Below are positions 50,563 to 55,377 of a DNA stretch of 55,377 nt, in pieces. Source of the stretch: Octopus bimaculoides. Lineage: Eukaryota. The notes under the pieces were generated by a model. It saw only the letters and a list, made by a program, of their open reading frames with translations. It ran no database searches and was not told where the DNA came from. The DNA is taken from the NCBI RefSeq assembly GCF_001194135.2, contig NC_068998.1, forward strand, positions 21,263,541 through 21,318,917, read 5' to 3'. Position 1 is the stretch's first letter, and every line of letters begins with the position of its first letter. The translations under genes were made by a program, and so were the position numbers.

Positions 50563-50735
50563 TAATAACTCTTTGTACTAAAGGCACAAGACTTGAAATT
50601 TTGGTGGAGGGGACCAGTCGATTACATCGACCCCAGTGTTTCACTGGTATTTGATTTATCGACCACGAAAAGATGAAAGGCAATGTCAACCTCGGCTGAA
50701 TTTTCACTAAGCATGATAATGACTCTACCAGCTCT
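50563..50735 (-). mobile_element. tRNA-derived SINE (tandem with the previous copy)
   Basis: CTTTGTACTAAAGGCACAAG...CAGTCGATTACATCGACCCCAG...GAAAGGCAATGTCAACCTCGGC. Confidence 0.8.
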
Positions 50736-51247
50736 CTACATTATGTAAGCTATAATAATATTAATTATTAGGTGTTTATAATTATTCCTCATGTATAAAC
50801 TTTGCAACCGTATTTTGAGATAATTGTGTAATTGACTCCTAATTGTTTTATTCTTGATTGGCAAAAATCCCTGAAACCTGAGATATTTAGTACTTAACTT
50901 TTTTCCAAATATACCGCCTTACACGAACATATTGGACAATTTAGTCCAAGATGTAATATATCTGAACATGTACTAATTGCTAATACATACTTTCAGAAAA
51001 GGGTTACTGAGTTTCTAAGCAAGACATTATGGGATTCAACTTTAAACATTACTGGAAAAAACTGGCTCCATTCCGAAATTGAAACTGGGTACTACATTTC
51101 TTCAGAGCCTGCCACTTACCCTATTATGTTTGCTATACTACTATTATTGTGTTTGCAAAGCAATGCAGCAAATTCTCTTAAAGTGAAAGTTTTGTCTCAT
51201 AAGATTAGGAAAAGAAATCCATTATTTCGTATTTTATTGTGTGTGTG

Positions 51248-51304
<57 letters not shown>

Positions 51305-51920
51305 GTTAAGAAATGTAGCATGTCTTTGGCAAATTAATCTTAAGATAAGTAAAAATATTCTACAAAGAGGAAAGAGTTAAGTGAAATTAATCTTTTAGGC
51401 TTTGTCTATTCTGACGTTAGAAATTGATTTGCCCAATTCAGTTTAATCTGTGGAATAAAGATTTATCGACAGGCTATTCACCTAAGACCATGACAGGTCT
51501 GCCAGGCCTTGTGCAACGGTTATGATGTCTGTTGTGATCTTGGAAGTCTATTTCCAGTATTACTTTTTGTTATTAATCAGGTTTGACAAAAACGGAGCAG
51601 CAGACAGTAATTTCATACATGATGTGTTATTGTGGATGATAACTTACATTAAATCTTGAAGGGTTCTTCGTATGTGTACGTGTATATTTGTGTACATTTA
51701 CACATAATACATACTTACATACATACATATACACACATAAACATCCATCCATCCATCTCTACATACAAATATATATATATATATATATNNNNNNNNNNAT
51801 ATAAATAAACATATATATATATATATAAATACACATATATATATAATGTACACATATGGATAAATTATATATTATGTACATATATTTAGAGGTCTTTATG
51901 AAACATACACATATTCGTAG

Positions 51921-51962
<42 letters not shown>

Positions 51963-52309
51963 ATACACATATATATTAGTGCAGTTTGATCGATTATTTA
52001 AGGATTTCGTTTCTCAATCACGTGGTTTCGAGTTCGAATCCGCAATGGACAAATGTAAATTTGCTTAACCTTGTGTCATCTCGTACCTTGTGTATGAAAT
52101 CCAAATGTTTAGAGGAAAGTTATGTAAAAAGCTCTCGTGTGGTTTGTGCCTTTATTTTAAAACAAAGAGTATTGATATACGCTCTGCCATGCTGATTCAA
52201 CTTCAAACAAACAGAGGCAGAACTAATTATGGGGTATTCTGTCATTACACGTTCATTTCTGTAGGAGATAATTCCATTGAACCACAACCAATGCATACAA
52301 GTACGTAAT

Positions 52310-52402
52310 TACATACGTACGTACGTACGCATGTATGTATGTATGTATGTATGTATGTATGTATGTATGTATGTATGTATGTATGTATGTATGTACGTAC
52401 GT
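52310..52402. repeat. (TACG)/(ATGT)n microsatellite
   Basis: Direct reading. Confidence 0.9.
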
Positions 52403-52464
52403 AAGGATGTTCTCTTCCTCCTCTTAATTTCGAAGAAATTTTGAACGGCTACGTGATTGTTAGC

Positions 52465-52750
52465 AAAGTTTTGGTAGACGGAAACTGAAGGAAGCCCGTC
52501 TTATATATATGTATATATATATGTATGTATGTGTGTGTATATGTTTGTGTGTCTGTGTTTGTCCCCCCCCAATATCGCTTGACAACCGATGGTGGTGTTT
52601 TCGTCCCCGTAACTTAGCGGTTACGCAAAAGACACCGATAGAATAAGTGCTAGGTTTACAAAGAATAAGTCCTAGGGTCAATTTGCTTGACTAAAGGTGG
52701 TGCTCCAGCATGGCCGCAGTCAATGACTGAAACAAGTAAAGAGTAAAAAA
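52465..52750 (+). mobile_element. SINE 3' half with internal (TA/TG) tract
   Basis: GGTAGACGGAAACTGAAGGAAGCCCGTC...CCAGCATGGCCGCAGTCAATGACTGAAACAAG; overlaps in sequence with the end of 55038-55195. Confidence 0.8.
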
Positions 52751-52789
52751 AAGATTAAAAGTTGTTTGACCATAACTAGTTGAGTATGT

Positions 52790-53110
52790 ACCTTGGTGGC
52801 TAACGATATGTGGATCTCTGATCACCTACAGAAATTGTGTGGGAGTATCATAGCCATGTGCTGAGAGGAATTCTTTGTGGCTTGAATTATTCGTGTCTGG
52901 AAACATGGGTGTTTCGTTCATCATTCTTAAACAAACCTTATTCAAGGACCATTTGAGCAGGCTAAGCTACTCAACCTCAAAAAAATTCTAACTCGGCCAC
53001 ACTTGCAAGGTCATGCGCTGTTTACCTTGATGTAATATCACCATGTCATGCAAATATGGTTGTGATGCATATTCCTGGTGTACTCTTATCAGACGGGTAG
53101 CCATGATAAG
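52790..53110. repeat. Unclassified interspersed repeat
   Basis: GC-richer non-coding block between two elements; recognised by general resemblance to cephalopod repeats only. Confidence 0.35.
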
Positions 53111-53122
53111 TCATAATAATAA

Positions 53123-53330
53123 TAGCAAGAGCACTCAGAGAGCGCAAACGTCCGCCAAGGCAACACCAACGTCCTCTCAACGATTAGCAGGAGATGATTT
53201 TTAAAATGAGAATATCTGAAATAACTCAACTGATTTCACAAACGTGAATACTAAAAATGAAACCCCCCGCTCTCAAAAGTTAAGTAAAAAAAAACTGGAA
53301 AAATAATCCAGAATCCTTGTCCGGTACCTG
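53123..53330 (+). mobile_element. Putative Helentron/DINE-1-like (HINE) non-autonomous element, 5' part
   Basis: Starts after (AAT)n with AGCAAGAGCACTC; subterminal GTCCGCCAAGG is complementary to GGCGGA in the 3' hairpin at 54144-54171; ends AATCCTTGTCCGG. Confidence 0.5.
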
Positions 53331-53339
53331 TTCGATCCT

Positions 53340-53640
53340 AACGGTAGTCAAGGAATGTGTAGTGGGTGTGCGGGTCGTGTTTGTAATGCTGTATGTTTGT
53401 TGTCTGCAGTGTGAACTGGGACAGTTTTCTCTATGAAGGCCATTTTAAGTTTATCCATTGATATATTATCTTTACGACCGTTAAAGTCTATATTGAAAAA
53501 TTGATCCGTGCGTAAAAGAAAATGGAAAGGACCTGCGTACAGTGCTGTTAACGGAGTTTTAACAACATCGTTGCGCACAAAAGCGTGAATCCAAGAAAAA
53601 AGCTTCCTTGAAGGCAGAGCTAGAAATGCAATTGTCAAGT
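53340..53640 (-). mobile_element. Gypsy/Ty3 LTR retrotransposon integrase C-terminal fragment
   Basis: HAFVRNDVVKTPLTALYAGPFHFLLRTDQFFNIDFNGRKDNISMDKLKMAF matches the GPY/F module of Gypsy integrases. Confidence 0.75.
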
Positions 53641-53989
53641 AGGTAAGAGGTTTTAAACAGGACCGTTATATTCAAAATTGGTAAAATTAAAATTGTCGAA
53701 GATAAATTAAATTTATTATTGCTACTGAATATGTGTTATTTAAATTCTGAACGGCTTTGCTGCCGTTTGCTTATGTAGTTTGATTTCTTTATCTATCAGT
53801 TTCTACTAAGATAGAGACGCGATGGAAATTAATAATGGAGAAGCGAAGCTAGAACTTTGGAAAAAGCAACGCCGCCATAACTTACGTGGAAACCATGTGC
53901 ATGATTTCAAGGGAGATAATCAGAGAAAGACTTAAAAGTCAACGTAAGATCGTAATACTTTATGTAAATTAAAGTAAATATAATGAATA

Positions 53990-54169
53990 TTCCATAATCC
54001 TTGTCCGGATCGATCTGAAAATCTAATCAGTGCGTACCAGTCACAAGGCCAAACATCTCTGAAAGTTTCATATAAATCTATCCAGCAGTTCTTGAGATAT
54101 CTTGTCCACGGACAAACAAACAAACAAACACGACTGAAAACAATACCTCCGCTTTTGCGAAGGCGGAAG

Positions 54170-54171
<2 letters not shown>
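53990..54171 (+). mobile_element. Putative HINE-like element, 3' part
   Basis: AATCCTTGTCCGGATCGATC..., (CAAA)n core microsatellite, terminal stem-loop TACCTCCGCTT-TTGCG-AAGGCGGAAGTA. Confidence 0.55.
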
Positions 54172-54225
<54 letters not shown>

Positions 54226-54317
54226 ATAATAATAATAACAATAATAATAATAATGATAATTCCACAGCTATAATATTGATATAATCCGTATCATTGCATT
54301 CACAATGTGTCTCTCTG

Positions 54318-54374
<57 letters not shown>

Positions 54375-54410
54375 GTCTTTCTGTCTGTCTGTCTGTCTGT
54401 CTGTGTATCT
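54170..54410. repeat. (ACT)n/(AAT)n, then (TATC)n/(GTCT)n microsatellites
   Basis: Direct reading. Confidence 0.9.
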
Positions 54411-55037
54411 CTTTATCTATGTATCTTGGTCACTCATTTTCTTCCCATCGAATTAAAATGTGCTTACGGATGAATGAAAATAATATTAAAACACATCGCC
54501 TGCTTTTCCAAGTTCTAAAAACCAAAAAAAAAACAAACTTAATCCGTATTTCATATAATTGCATTCAAACACTACCATCAATTGGTGTCTCTTGAGTGTT
54601 GATTTTAGATTTAATTATCGCTGGAGGGATTGTTTTCCTATTACTGCTTGCATAATCTCTGTAAGAGAATGTTTCCACTTCATTATATTCATTAACTTAT
54701 TTATATTAAGCATGCAGATCACTCTCTTGAGGTGTTTTCCCTTATCCCTATTGCTGATATTCATTTCCTCCATTTCTCTCTTTGTTATGAAGTCCCTTGT
54801 TAGTCTAATATAATTTTATCTCTGCAAATATCAGCGATTTGAATGGTTGGCTACAGACAGGAAATAGTTGGTGGGCTAGGGGCATAAGATAGCTTTGAAT
54901 GGATGGCTATTGAGACCAAATGCATACGGCAGATATGCGGACATATGTTTTAACTACAGTTTTTTTTTTTTCATATGTATATGACCGGAGCTTCAATTAC
55001 ACAAAGCTAAGAGTAAAATCTTCACATAGAAAATATT

Positions 55038-55195
55038 GCGTAGGCGTGGCTGTGTTGTAAGAAGCTTGGTTCCCACCAAATAATTCTAGGTTCAGTCCAA
55101 CTGTGCGGACCTTGGGTAGGTATATTTTACTATAGCCTCGACCGAAACTCTTTTAGTGGGTTTTGTAGACAGACAATGAAAAGAATCCTGTCGTA
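55038..55195 (+). mobile_element. tRNA-derived SINE head and core
   Basis: GCGTAGGCGTGGCTGTGTTGTAAGAAGCTT...AGGTTCAGTCC...CCTTGGGTAGG...TACTATAGCCTCG. Confidence 0.75.
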
Positions 55196-55304
55196 TGTAT
55201 GCATGTATACGTATGTATGTATGTATGCATGTATGTATGTATGTGTATGCCAACAATAATGATAATAAAGATTATTACGAAGCGGCATAGCATTACCTTT
55301 AACA

Positions 55305-55308
55305 CCTC

Positions 55309-55377
<69 letters not shown>
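55305..55377. repeat. (TA)n(CA)n microsatellite
   Basis: Direct reading. Confidence 0.95.

Noticed and set aside
51126-51380. ORF starting with a signal-peptide-like MFAILLLLCLQSNAA
   Set aside because: It runs into a (TG)/(TA) microsatellite, has only a weak donor, and shows no homology.

Overview
AT-rich, microsatellite-dense eukaryotic genomic DNA with eight assembly gaps. The SINE/LINE repertoire looks cephalopod, most likely Octopus (inference from repeat families, not verified). I cannot confidently identify any host protein-coding gene, tRNA, rRNA or CRISPR array; nearly all listed ORFs are gap or microsatellite artefacts or transposon remnants. The window is a graveyard of mobile elements. 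DNA transposons: a full-length decayed rosa/DD41D element (1601-2927), a full-length decayed mariner (17364-18653), Tc1 fragments, a mariner-type MITE, a complete Chapaev3-like element with CAC termini and TAA target duplication (38457-40590), and a second Chapaev3-like fragment. Retroelements: six R4/Dong-like LINE pieces, all on the + strand and mostly next to (TAA)n, Penelope-like RT remnants, an RTE fragment, a Gypsy integrase fragment and many tRNA-derived SINEs. There is also a Helentron/DINE-1-like element split around the Gypsy fragment. The most unusual signal is three minimal type-I hammerhead-ribozyme-like motifs from two short repeat families. Two of them form a ~500-bp fold-back (3917-4410) whose spacer is a duplicate of nearby flanking DNA, suggesting a non-autonomous Penelope/retrozyme-like system. 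None of this has been tested by database search or experiment.
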